Source: Candidatus Nanopelagicales bacterium
GTDB taxonomy: Bacteria > Actinomycetota > Actinomycetes > JAHEKZ01
Direction of reading: 5' to 3'
NCBI GenBank assembly: GCA_038316135.1
Contig: JBBQAL010000003.1
Coordinates: 926 to 64,925, forward strand
DNA length: 64,000 nucleotides
Part shown: piece after piece, positions 56,323 through 64,000 of the stretch
Layout of the letters: every line of letters starts with the position of its first letter
Position numbering within the stretch: position 1 is the first letter of the stretch
Notes under the pieces: generated by a model
Told to the model about the DNA's origin: nothing
What the model saw: the letters and a program-made list of their open reading frames with translations, nothing else
Database searches by the model: none
Translations under genes and position numbers: made by a program

Positions 56323-57757
56323 CGACGACCTGGAGGGTATCCAGGGTCGGGTCGGCGGCATAGCGCACCTGCGTTCCATCAGACATTGCGTCCCGTAGTC
56401 CATCGACGGCGGCATCGGTAATGCGCTCCCCCGGCGCGAGCACCGGGATCCCCGGCGGATACGGGGCAACCAGTTCCGCGGAGACCTGCCCGATCGCATC
56501 ATCGGCGGAAACGGTCTCGTGCTCGGCAAAGTAGGCCTCACGCGGCGACAGGACGACCTCCGGCTCCACTGTCCACGCGATCGACGGCAGCACCGGACGC
56601 GGCGCGCTCCGCTGCCGCTCCACCGACGCGATAACCCCGTCGACGAACTGGTCGACCGACTGCTGGTCGTCGTTGACCGAGATGATCGGCACCACGGTGT
56701 CACGGTCAGCGAGCTCAACGGGCATCCCCAGCGCAATGAGATCTTCCTCGATCGCCAGTCCGATGGCGCCGGTGCCGGACACATTGATGGCCAGCTTGAC
56801 GCGGTCGAGGATCACCGACGGGTCGACGACATCATCGAGCAGAACGAGTCCCGGGACGCCACGGAGTCGCTCGCGCGCGTGGTCGACAACCCGGATCAGG
56901 TGTCCGAGCAGGCGCGGCCCATCGCGTTCCATCAGTGCCCTCGCCGCATCAGCGCTCGCGGCGATGGTTCCCGACGGACTGGTGGTGGCCGTTGCGTCGA
57001 ACGCCCGGTCGAGGCGGTGTGGGTCGATCCGTTGCGTGCGTGCCAACACCAGGGCTGCCTGCGTGTAGGCCGGCAGCGTCTTGTGCGCGCTCGTGACCAT
57101 GGCGTCCGCACCGGCCTGGATCGCATGACGGGGCAAATCGGGATGGAAGCCGAAGTACGCGCCCCACGCTTGGTCGACGACGAGAGGAATGCCGTGTGCA
57201 TGCGCCACCCCAGCGTGCGCAGCAACGTCCGAGACGGTTCCGACGTAAGTTGGCTCAACCAAGAACACGGCCTTGGCCTCGGGGTGTCTGTTGAGCGCCG
57301 CACGTACCCGGTCCACTGGAACGTGAGTGGGCAAGCCGGTCGTCGGGTCGACATCTGGCCGCACCCATACCGGCGTGACGCCAGCCAGCACCATGCCGAG
57401 CAGCAGCGACCGGTGCAGCGTGCGCGTCACGACCACCGTGTCGCCGGGACGACAGAGCGCGAGCATGAGCGTCTGGTTTCCGTGCGTTGAGCCACCGACC
57501 GAGATCCGACCCCACTCGGCACCCCAGGCACGGGCGAGTCGCCGATCGGCTTCGGCGATGGCACCCGCCTGCTGTCGGATGGTGTCTACGCCTCCATAAA
57601 GGGGAATGTCGTCGCGTACGACCGGCCCCACCAGATCGATGCGCTGCTTGTGCCCCGGCGTCCCGAAGGGAACGGGATCACTTGCTCGGTAGCTAAGCCA
57701 TCCGTCGAGGAGAGGGGCATCGTCGCGCAGACCGAGCGGGTCGTCAGGGTTGGTCAT
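56294..57757 (-). CDS. Orn/Lys/Arg decarboxylase-family PLP-dependent enzyme
   Basis: FGTPGHKQ, GGSTHGNQ and TSAHKTLP (PLP Lys) motifs. Start at ATG 57757 (MTNPDDPLG). Confidence 0.8.
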   Translation of the reverse strand: MTNPDDPLGLRDDAPLLDGWLSYRASDPVPFGTPGHKQRIDLVGPVVRDDIPLYGGVDTIRQQAGAIAEADRRLARAWGAEWGRISVGGSTHGNQTLMLALCRPGDTVVVTRTLHRSLLLGMVLAGVTPVWVRPDVDPTTGLPTHVPVDRVRAALNRHPEAKAVFLVEPTYVGTVSDVAAHAGVAHAHGIPLVVDQAWGAYFGFHPDLPRHAIQAGADAMVTSAHKTLPAYTQAALVLARTQRIDPHRLDRAFDATATTSPSGTIAASADAARALMERDGPRLLGHLIRVVDHARERLRGVPGLVLLDDVVDPSVILDRVKLAINVSGTGAIGLAIEEDLIALGMPVELADRDTVVPIISVNDDQQSVDQFVDGVIASVERQRSAPRPVLPSIAWTVEPEVVLSPREAYFAEHETVSADDAIGQVSAELVAPYPPGIPVLAPGERITDAAVDGLRDAMSDGTQVRYAADPTLDTLQVVAREAGATSR

Positions 57758-57790
57758 GCTTCTGACACTAGCCACCCGTACGCTCGCGAC

Positions 57791-59293
57791 GTGGCTTCGG
57801 TAGTGGTGATCGGCGCGGGCATGGGCGGGATGGCGGCCGCCGCGCGTCTGTCTGCCCAGGGACACAACGTCACGGTGCTCGAGCAGTCCGACCGAGCCGG
57901 TGGCAAAGTCGAGACCTACCAGCGAGAGGGATTCGCGTTCGACACCGGGCCTTCGCTGCTCACCCTTCCTGCCGTCTACCGCGACCTGTTCCTGAAGACT
58001 CCGGTACGCCGCAAGGGCGCTTCGCTTGAGGACAACGTCGACCTGCGCGGGCTTGATCCAGCGTTTGGCTACCGGTGGGCCGACGGCGTCAGTGCTGTGC
58101 TTCCGGGAAGCAACAGCAACCGAGTGGCTGCCGCACTGGGCGACGCACTGGGTGGTTCCGCCGAAGACGACTGGAAACGATTCAGCCGGCGGTCGGCCGA
58201 CCTCTGGGCCGCGACCCGCGTGCCGTTCCTTGAATCCCCCCTGTCAGGTCCGAGCGACCTGTTGCCACATCTACGCAAGTGGTCCGACCTACGCACCGTC
58301 GCACCTTGGAAGACCCTGCACGGGCTCGCCCGCCAGTACTTCGATGACGATCGACTGGTCAGGCTCGTCGATCGGTACGCGACCTACACGGGCTCGGACC
58401 CCCGCAAAGCTCCGGCAGCCCTCGCCGTCATCCCCTTCGTCGAACAGACTTTCGGCGCCTGGCACATCGGAGGTGGTATCGGCCGCCTCGCGGATGCATT
58501 GCACGAGCGGTGTCTAGAGCGTGGCATCACCTTTCGTTTCGGTGCCGACGTCACACGGATCCACACCGAGTCGAACCGGGTAAGCGCCGTCACGCTCGCG
58601 TCCGGGGAGCGGGAGAACGCTGATGTCGTGGTGTCTGACGCGGATGCCCGACACCTGTATGGGCAGCTGCTCGACAACAAGGCCGCCAGCGGGCCCCTTC
58701 GCCGTCTCAGCAAAGCAACGCCGTCACTCGCCGGATTCGTGATGTTGCTGGCTGTCCGCGGCCGCACCCCGGGATTGCAGCACCACAACGTGCTCTTCCC
58801 CGTCGACTATGACGCCGAGTTCGACTCGATCTTTGGTCGCACACCGCGACCGGTGGAAGACCCGACGATCTACATCTGTACTCCCGACGACTCGCTGATG
58901 CGCCCCGACGACGACCACGAGTCGTGGTTCGTGCTCGTAAATGCGCCGCGGCACGATCCGGTGACAGGCGTGGACTGGACCGACCCCGAGCTCGTTGGCA
59001 AGTACCGCGAGCGCATCCTCGACGTTCTCGCCATCCGCGGCTACGACGTGCGGCCACGCCTGCTGTGGGCAGAGACCAGGACCCCTGCCGATCTCGAGCG
59101 CACCACCCGATCACCGGGTGGCTCGATCTACGGCACGTCCAGCAACGGGGCACGGGCGGCATTTCTCCGAGCAGCAAACCGGTCGCCAGTTCCTGGGCTC
59201 TTCCTGGTTGGCGGTTCCGCACATCCGGGCGGGGGGCTCCCGCTGGTGGGGATGTCAGCAGCGATCGTTGCCGACCTCATCGGACCCGCCTGA
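57791..59293 (+). CDS. Phytoene desaturase-family FAD oxidoreductase (CrtD-like candidate)
   Basis: Dinucleotide fold VVVIGAGMGGMAAAARL...VTVLEQ and C-terminal LVGGSAHPGGGLPLVGMSA. Start at GTG 57791 is uncertain. Confidence 0.72.
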   Translation: MASVVVIGAGMGGMAAAARLSAQGHNVTVLEQSDRAGGKVETYQREGFAFDTGPSLLTLPAVYRDLFLKTPVRRKGASLEDNVDLRGLDPAFGYRWADGVSAVLPGSNSNRVAAALGDALGGSAEDDWKRFSRRSADLWAATRVPFLESPLSGPSDLLPHLRKWSDLRTVAPWKTLHGLARQYFDDDRLVRLVDRYATYTGSDPRKAPAALAVIPFVEQTFGAWHIGGGIGRLADALHERCLERGITFRFGADVTRIHTESNRVSAVTLASGERENADVVVSDADARHLYGQLLDNKAASGPLRRLSKATPSLAGFVMLLAVRGRTPGLQHHNVLFPVDYDAEFDSIFGRTPRPVEDPTIYICTPDDSLMRPDDDHESWFVLVNAPRHDPVTGVDWTDPELVGKYRERILDVLAIRGYDVRPRLLWAETRTPADLERTTRSPGGSIYGTSSNGARAAFLRAANRSPVPGLFLVGGSAHPGGGLPLVGMSAAIVADLIGPA

Positions 59294-59352
59294 GCTCACG
59301 CAGCTCGAGAGTGGGCAGCCACCGGCGGCACCCAAGTAGGCGATTGGCGAGA

Positions 59353-60264
59353 TCACGGACGGTGGCTGAGATCGAGGTTGGCGTAGATCTCGCGGGTGGC
59401 CGTTGACCGATTCAGCGTATAGAGGTGCAGCCCTGGCGCTCCATCGGCAAGCAGCTGCTGGCTGAGCTCGGTGGCCATCTCGACGCCAACGGAGCGCACC
59501 GCGTCGGGGTCGTCCTTCACCGGCTCGAGTCGCTGCAGAACTGAGTCGGGGATGGGAGTGCCTGACAGGTCAGCAAAGCGCACCAGCTGCGAGACGTTGG
59601 TGATCGGCAAGATCCCAGGGATGACCGGGATCTCGCAGCCATGACGACGAGTCCGCTGAACGAGGTCGTGGTACTCGGCGATCTCGAAGAAGAACTGTGT
59701 GATCGCGAAGTCGGCTCCGGCATCGGCCTTACGCACCAATGCGAGCGCGTCGTCCTCGCGGTCAGGTGACTCCGGGTGCCCGTCGGGGAAGGCGGCGACG
59801 CCGACGCAGATGTCACCCAACGATCGCGCCAACATGACTAGCTCGTCGGCATTGTGCAGTCCGTCCGGATGAGGCTCCCACGGAGCGCCCGGACCACCGG
59901 GCGGGTCACCACGTAGCGCGAGGACGTTGCGAACACCGGCTGCCGCATATGCACCGATCACGTTGCGCAGCTCACCCCTGCTGGCGCCGACACAGGTCAG
60001 ATGCCCAACGGGAGTCAGCGTGGTCTCGCTGGCGATCCGCTCGGTCAGCCGCACTGTGCGGTCCCTGGTTGAACCTCCGGCGCCATAGGTGACCGACACG
60101 AAGGTCGGTGCCGACGACTCCAACTCGCGAATCGTCCGCCACAGCTGCCGCTCCCCCTCGTCGGTCTTCGGGGGGAAAAGCTCGAACGACCAAGAGTGTC
60201 GGCCCCGCCTCAGCAGGTCGGCAACGCTGGGCGAGGTAGCTGGGGCGATCGTGGGTGCGGACAT
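59353..60264 (-). CDS. metF: Methylenetetrahydrofolate reductase
   Basis: SFELFPPKT, FVSVTYGAGGSTR, LRGDPP and TQFFF motifs. Start at ATG 60264. Confidence 0.9.
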   Translation of the reverse strand: MSAPTIAPATSPSVADLLRRGRHSWSFELFPPKTDEGERQLWRTIRELESSAPTFVSVTYGAGGSTRDRTVRLTERIASETTLTPVGHLTCVGASRGELRNVIGAYAAAGVRNVLALRGDPPGGPGAPWEPHPDGLHNADELVMLARSLGDICVGVAAFPDGHPESPDREDDALALVRKADAGADFAITQFFFEIAEYHDLVQRTRRHGCEIPVIPGILPITNVSQLVRFADLSGTPIPDSVLQRLEPVKDDPDAVRSVGVEMATELSQQLLADGAPGLHLYTLNRSTATREIYANLDLSHRP

Positions 60265-60349
60265 GAGGCGAGAGCCTACGACTCCCGTTCCACGATCTGG
60301 AACCGGCCTCGGGCTGCAGGTCCGAGTGAGGGCAGATAGCCTCGCGGGT

Positions 60350-61417
60350 ATGGCCACGAAGCCCTCCCCGCTCGATGCCGAAGACCTGCGCGTCCGCGTG
60401 CACAAAGAACTGGAGTCTTTCCTCGAGGGCCAGCAGCCTGTGCTCGACGCTGTCGGTGACGAGCTGCTCCCCATCCTGGACGCCGCGCGCACCTTGTTGG
60501 CCGGCGGCAAACGCCTGCGACCGGCCTTCGCCTACTGGGGCTGGCGGGGGGCTGGCGGTGCCGATTGCTCCGAGATTGTGCAGGCCGTTGCGGCCCTTGA
60601 GTTCCTCCAAGCCTGCGCGCTCATCCACGACGACGTGATGGACGACTCCGATACCCGGCGGGGCCATCCCAGCGCCCACCGAAAGTTCGCCGGCCTGCAC
60701 CGAACCGCTCAGTGGGTCGGTTCACCTGAGTCATTCGGGATCGGTGCGGCGATCCTGCTTGGCGACCTCACCCTCACCTGGGCTGACGAGATGCTCTTCT
60801 CGTCCGACCTTCCGCAGGACGCCCTGGTGCGCGCCAAGCCCGTCTACGACCGGATGCGCACCGAGTTGATGGCTGGCCAGTATCTCGACCTGCTGGAACA
60901 AGCCAGGGGCGGTGGCTCAGTCGATCGCGCCCTTCGAGTGGCCCGCTACAAGGCGGCCAAATACACCGTCGAGGGCCCACTGCACCTCGGGGCTACGTTG
61001 GCCGGTGCGCCGCCAGAGCTGCTGACGCAGTACAGCGCCTACGGCATCCCGCTCGGTGAGGCCTTCCAGCTGCGCGATGACGTCCTCGGGGTCTTTGGCG
61101 ACCCTGCCGTCACCGGCAAGCCGGCCGGCGACGACCTACGTGAGGGCAAGCGCACCGTTCTGATCGCCGTCACCGAAGAGCGCAGCAACCCATCCCAGCA
61201 AGCTCTTCTCAACCGGCATCTCGGCGACCCGCACCTGACCGCCGACGGGATCGACAAGCTACGCGGACTGATCGATGAGACTGGCGCGCTCAGCTTCGTC
61301 GAAGAGCTCATCCTCTCCCTGGTCGACGAGTCGCATCGCGCCCTAACGATGGTGCCGCAGCCGGCGCACGGCGTCTTCGACGGCCTCACCTTCGCCGCCA
61401 CGCGGCGTTCGGAGTAG
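60350..61417 (+). CDS. idsA: Polyprenyl (geranylgeranyl) diphosphate synthase
   Basis: GGKRLRPAF, the first DDxxD-type motif (LIHDDVMDDSDTRRG) and FQLRDDVLG. Start at ATG 60350. Confidence 0.9.
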   Translation: MATKPSPLDAEDLRVRVHKELESFLEGQQPVLDAVGDELLPILDAARTLLAGGKRLRPAFAYWGWRGAGGADCSEIVQAVAALEFLQACALIHDDVMDDSDTRRGHPSAHRKFAGLHRTAQWVGSPESFGIGAAILLGDLTLTWADEMLFSSDLPQDALVRAKPVYDRMRTELMAGQYLDLLEQARGGGSVDRALRVARYKAAKYTVEGPLHLGATLAGAPPELLTQYSAYGIPLGEAFQLRDDVLGVFGDPAVTGKPAGDDLREGKRTVLIAVTEERSNPSQQALLNRHLGDPHLTADGIDKLRGLIDETGALSFVEELILSLVDESHRALTMVPQPAHGVFDGLTFAATRRSE

Positions 61418-61420
61418 CTG

Positions 61421-62920
61421 ATGCGTACCGTCCGCGGTCGAACCGACCACGTGGTTGTCATCGGCGCTGGTCTAGCCGGACTGTCGGCAGCACTTCGCCT
61501 CGCGGGAACTGGACGCCAGGTGACCGTCATCGAGCGAGCGGCTGTTCCTGGCGGTCGCGCTGGCGTCATCGCTGACGCCGGATACCGCTTCGACAATGGA
61601 CCCACGGTCCTGACGATGCCCGACCTGATTGCTGACGCTTTCGACTGCGTCGACGAGGACATGGCTGACTGGCTGACGCTTCATCCGATCGACCCGCTCT
61701 ACCGTGCCTGGTACGCCGACGGCACTTCGTTGGACGTCAAGTCCGACCCGGCCGCCATGATCGAAGAGATCCGCCAAGTCTGTGGCCCAGCTGAGGCCGA
61801 CGGATACCGCCGATACGTCGAGTTCGTCACCCAGCTCTACCGCTATGAGATGACCGACTTCATCGACCGAAACATCGACTCACCGTTCGACCTGCTCACG
61901 CCGAACCTGGCGCGCCTCGCCGCCCTCGGTGGATTCCGCCGGATGGCACCCAAGGTCGAGCAGTACCTCAAAGACCCCCGAACGCAGCGGGTGCTGTCCT
62001 TCCAGGCCATGTATGCAGGTATGTCGCCGTTCGACGCCCTCGCCCTCTACTGCGTCATCGCCTACATGGATTCGGTCGCAGGCGTCTACGCGCCAAAGGG
62101 TGGCATGCACGCCGTCCCTGAAGCGATGGCTGCGGCCGCCAGCAAGCACGGGGTCGACTTCCGGTACAGCACCGAAGCAATCCACATTGAACGCCGCGGA
62201 GCGCGTGCGGTTGCCGTCCACACCGCAGACGGCGAGCGGATCGCCTGCGACGCCGTCGTCATCAACCCCGACCTCCCTGTGGCAATGCGCGATCTGCTCG
62301 GTGAGGAGCCATGGTCAGTCCGTCGCCTGCGCTCCTCACCTTCGTGCTTCCTCATGCTCGCGGGATCCTCGGCGTCGTACTCGAAGGTTGCGCACCACAA
62401 CATCCACTTCGGCCGCTCCTGGCGCGGGGTGTTCGATCAGCTCATCGACCGTGGCGAGTTGATGAGCGATCCCAGCTTCCTGGTGTCCAACCCGACGCAG
62501 TCCGACCCGTCGTTGGCCCCGGACGGCCGCGAGATCTACTACGTCTTCTTCCCGACGCCGAATACTTCGGCCGACATCGACTGGTCCCAGGAGCGTGAGG
62601 GCTACCGAGACCACGTGCTCGCCGTCCTTGAGGAGCGCGGTTACGTCGGGTTCGGGGAAGCCGTCGAGGTCGAGCACATCATCGACCCGGTCGACTGGGA
62701 ACGGCAGGGAATGGCTGACGGGTCTCCGTTTGCCTCGGCGCACTCGTTCCTGCAGACCGGGCCGTTCCGACCCAAGAACCTCTGGGGAGAGAACATCGTG
62801 TTTGCCGGCTCAGGCACCACGCCAGGCGTGGGAGTGCCGATGGTGCTCATCTCTGGACGGCTTGCCGCCGAACGGATCACCGGGCCGGATCCGACCTACC
62901 GCTCCCGGGCGCTTCGCTGA
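61421..62920 (+). CDS. crtI: Phytoene desaturase CrtI
   Basis: VVVIGAGLAGLSAALRL...VTVIE, YRFDNGPTV, and C-terminal GSGTTPGVGVPMVLISG. Confidence 0.9.
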   Translation: MRTVRGRTDHVVVIGAGLAGLSAALRLAGTGRQVTVIERAAVPGGRAGVIADAGYRFDNGPTVLTMPDLIADAFDCVDEDMADWLTLHPIDPLYRAWYADGTSLDVKSDPAAMIEEIRQVCGPAEADGYRRYVEFVTQLYRYEMTDFIDRNIDSPFDLLTPNLARLAALGGFRRMAPKVEQYLKDPRTQRVLSFQAMYAGMSPFDALALYCVIAYMDSVAGVYAPKGGMHAVPEAMAAAASKHGVDFRYSTEAIHIERRGARAVAVHTADGERIACDAVVINPDLPVAMRDLLGEEPWSVRRLRSSPSCFLMLAGSSASYSKVAHHNIHFGRSWRGVFDQLIDRGELMSDPSFLVSNPTQSDPSLAPDGREIYYVFFPTPNTSADIDWSQEREGYRDHVLAVLEERGYVGFGEAVEVEHIIDPVDWERQGMADGSPFASAHSFLQTGPFRPKNLWGENIVFAGSGTTPGVGVPMVLISGRLAAERITGPDPTYRSRALR

Positions 62921-62932
62921 GCCTACGGGCAG

Positions 62933-63442
62933 TTACCAGGACGGGACATCGGTCTCCGGGCCATCGCCCACCAGCAGAACTGCAGCTTGGAACTTGTCGA
63001 ACTGCCAGGCGATGCAGGCGTCCTGAAAGATCTCGATGGCCATCTCGAAACTGTCGGGATCTTCGTCGGCGAAGTAGCCCCAGCCATCCCAACAAACGAG
63101 CAGCCCGTTGGGTTCGTCGAGGTCAAGTGCCCGCAGATGCTGATCCAGGACATCCCACGAACCAGCGCCGAGACCCGAAAGGTCGAAGGTGTCGGAGAGC
63201 GCGGCGACGAAGCCTCCGCGGTCGTCCACCCCGGACGTATCGAGTGTGACGGTGTGCCAGTCGTGCTCGGCAGCCTCACGGCGGACCGGGCCTGGTTCAC
63301 CCTCCAGAAGGTGAACCCCGCGTCGACCGTCGAAGGCCTCCTGGACCGTGACCGGCACCTCGTCGTCCTCGAGCGAGCCGAAGAGTTCGGGGTCGTTGAT
63401 GTCGACCGGCTCTTCCATCGACTCCGTGCTCATTGCCATCAC
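62933..63442 (-). CDS. Barstar-like (RNase inhibitor/immunity family) protein with acidic N-terminal extension
   Basis: 169 aa. TLDTSGVDDRGGFVAALSDTFDLSGLGAGSWDVLDQHL...LLVCWDGW...FEMAIEIFQDA parallels the barstar pattern (l..f.lP.yyG.NlDALwDcL...lvl.W). No adjacent RNase gene. Confidence 0.5.
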   Translation of the reverse strand: MMAMSTESMEEPVDINDPELFGSLEDDEVPVTVQEAFDGRRGVHLLEGEPGPVRREAAEHDWHTVTLDTSGVDDRGGFVAALSDTFDLSGLGAGSWDVLDQHLRALDLDEPNGLLVCWDGWGYFADEDPDSFEMAIEIFQDACIAWQFDKFQAAVLLVGDGPETDVPSW

Positions 63443-63557
63443 CCTTCACGCGTTACGACCGGTGGTGTCGGCTGGCCGCCGATACTTCCCTGACCAACCC
63501 CACGCTACTCGTCCTAGGGGCGCGCGGTGTGACATCCCCGTGCGGCAAGATGTCGGC

Positions 63558-64000
63558 GTGAGCCAACGAGAGCTGGATTCGGCCGGAATCACTGGTTCGC
63601 ATCTCCGCGACTCCTATGAGGCCTGTCGGAAACTCAATGCAGCACACGGCAAGACGTACTACCTGGCCACCCTGCTCCTTCCTCCAGCCAAGCGACCGTT
63701 CGTCCATGCGCTCTACGGCTTCGCGCGCTACGCCGATGAGATTGTCGACGACCTCGCCAGTACGCTCACCGATGACGAGAAGGCTGCGCATCTGCACGCG
63801 TGGGGCGAGCAGTTCCTGGTCGACCTCGATGACGGTCACAGCGACGACCCAATTTGCCGTGCGGTTGTCGACACGGTGCAGCGCTGGAACATCCCGCGCG
63901 CCCACTTCGAGGCGTTCCTGCACTCAATGGCCATGGATCTCACGGTCACTGAGTACGCCGATTACGAAGCCCTTTACGAGTACGTCTATGGATCGGCGGC
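63558..64000 (+). CDS. crtB: Phytoene synthase CrtB, 3' end outside the window
   Basis: Hand translation from GTG 63558: VSQRELDSAGITGSHLRDSYEACRKLNAAHGKTYYLATLLLPPAKRPFVHALYGFARYADEIVDD... shows classic CrtB motifs. GTG 63540 is an in-frame alternative. Not listed in the track because the frame runs off the window. Confidence 0.85.
   Translation, partial: MSQRELDSAGITGSHLRDSYEACRKLNAAHGKTYYLATLLLPPAKRPFVHALYGFARYADEIVDDLASTLTDDEKAAHLHAWGEQFLVDLDDGHSDDPICRAVVDTVQRWNIPRAHFEAFLHSMAMDLTVTEYADYEALYEYVYGSA

Noticed and set aside
63453-63923. 156-aa minus-strand ORF
   Set aside because: It is antisense to the 5' end of crtB, whose phytoene synthase motifs (YYLATLLLP, YGFARYADEIVDD) are unambiguous on the plus strand.

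Overview
High-GC (roughly two-thirds G+C by eye) actinobacterial chromosomal core with near-continuous coding and frequent 4-nt ATGA/GTGA start-stop overlaps. Order along the window: (1) minus-strand histidine operon hisD-hisC-hisB-(51-aa microprotein)-hisH-(membrane ORF)-hisA-(SRPBCC ORF)-hisF; (2) two membrane/secreted unknowns and dnaE (replicative Pol III alpha); (3) a small accessory patch: aldo/keto reductase, a PadR + HAAS-type membrane partner + two paralogous 40-aa TM peptides, and a DUF222/HNH gene; (4) rluD-lspA-(DksA/TraR zinc finger with Lys/Ala-rich tail)-DUF167; (5) a T-box leader followed by ileS; (6) an orphan ORF, then the division and cell-wall block divIVA-yggT-sepF-yggS-ftsZ-ftsQ-murC-murG-ftsW-murD-mraY-murF-murE-ftsI-ftsL-rsmH-mraZ, with a phased GTGG (MraZ-box-like) array over the putative promoter; (7) a divergent MoxR-DUF58-transglutaminase triad and a DUF3040 gene; (8) a damage-tolerance locus: a near-perfect LexA box, then two small uncharacterised genes (DUF6504-like and HEPN-like), dnaE2, a 56-nt palindrome and a catalytically intact dinB; (9) a mosaic carotenoid cluster (CrtA-like, DUF4126, CruF-like, GT2, CrtD-like, idsA, crtI, crtB partial) interrupted by a PLP decarboxylase, metF and an orphan barstar-like gene. 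No rRNA, tRNA, CRISPR array, transposase or integrase was recognised. The best candidates for something undescribed are the two-gene module occupying the imuA/imuB position in front of dnaE2, and the PadR-HAAS-twin-micropeptide operon. All family names come from reading the translated sequences from memory; no searches were run.
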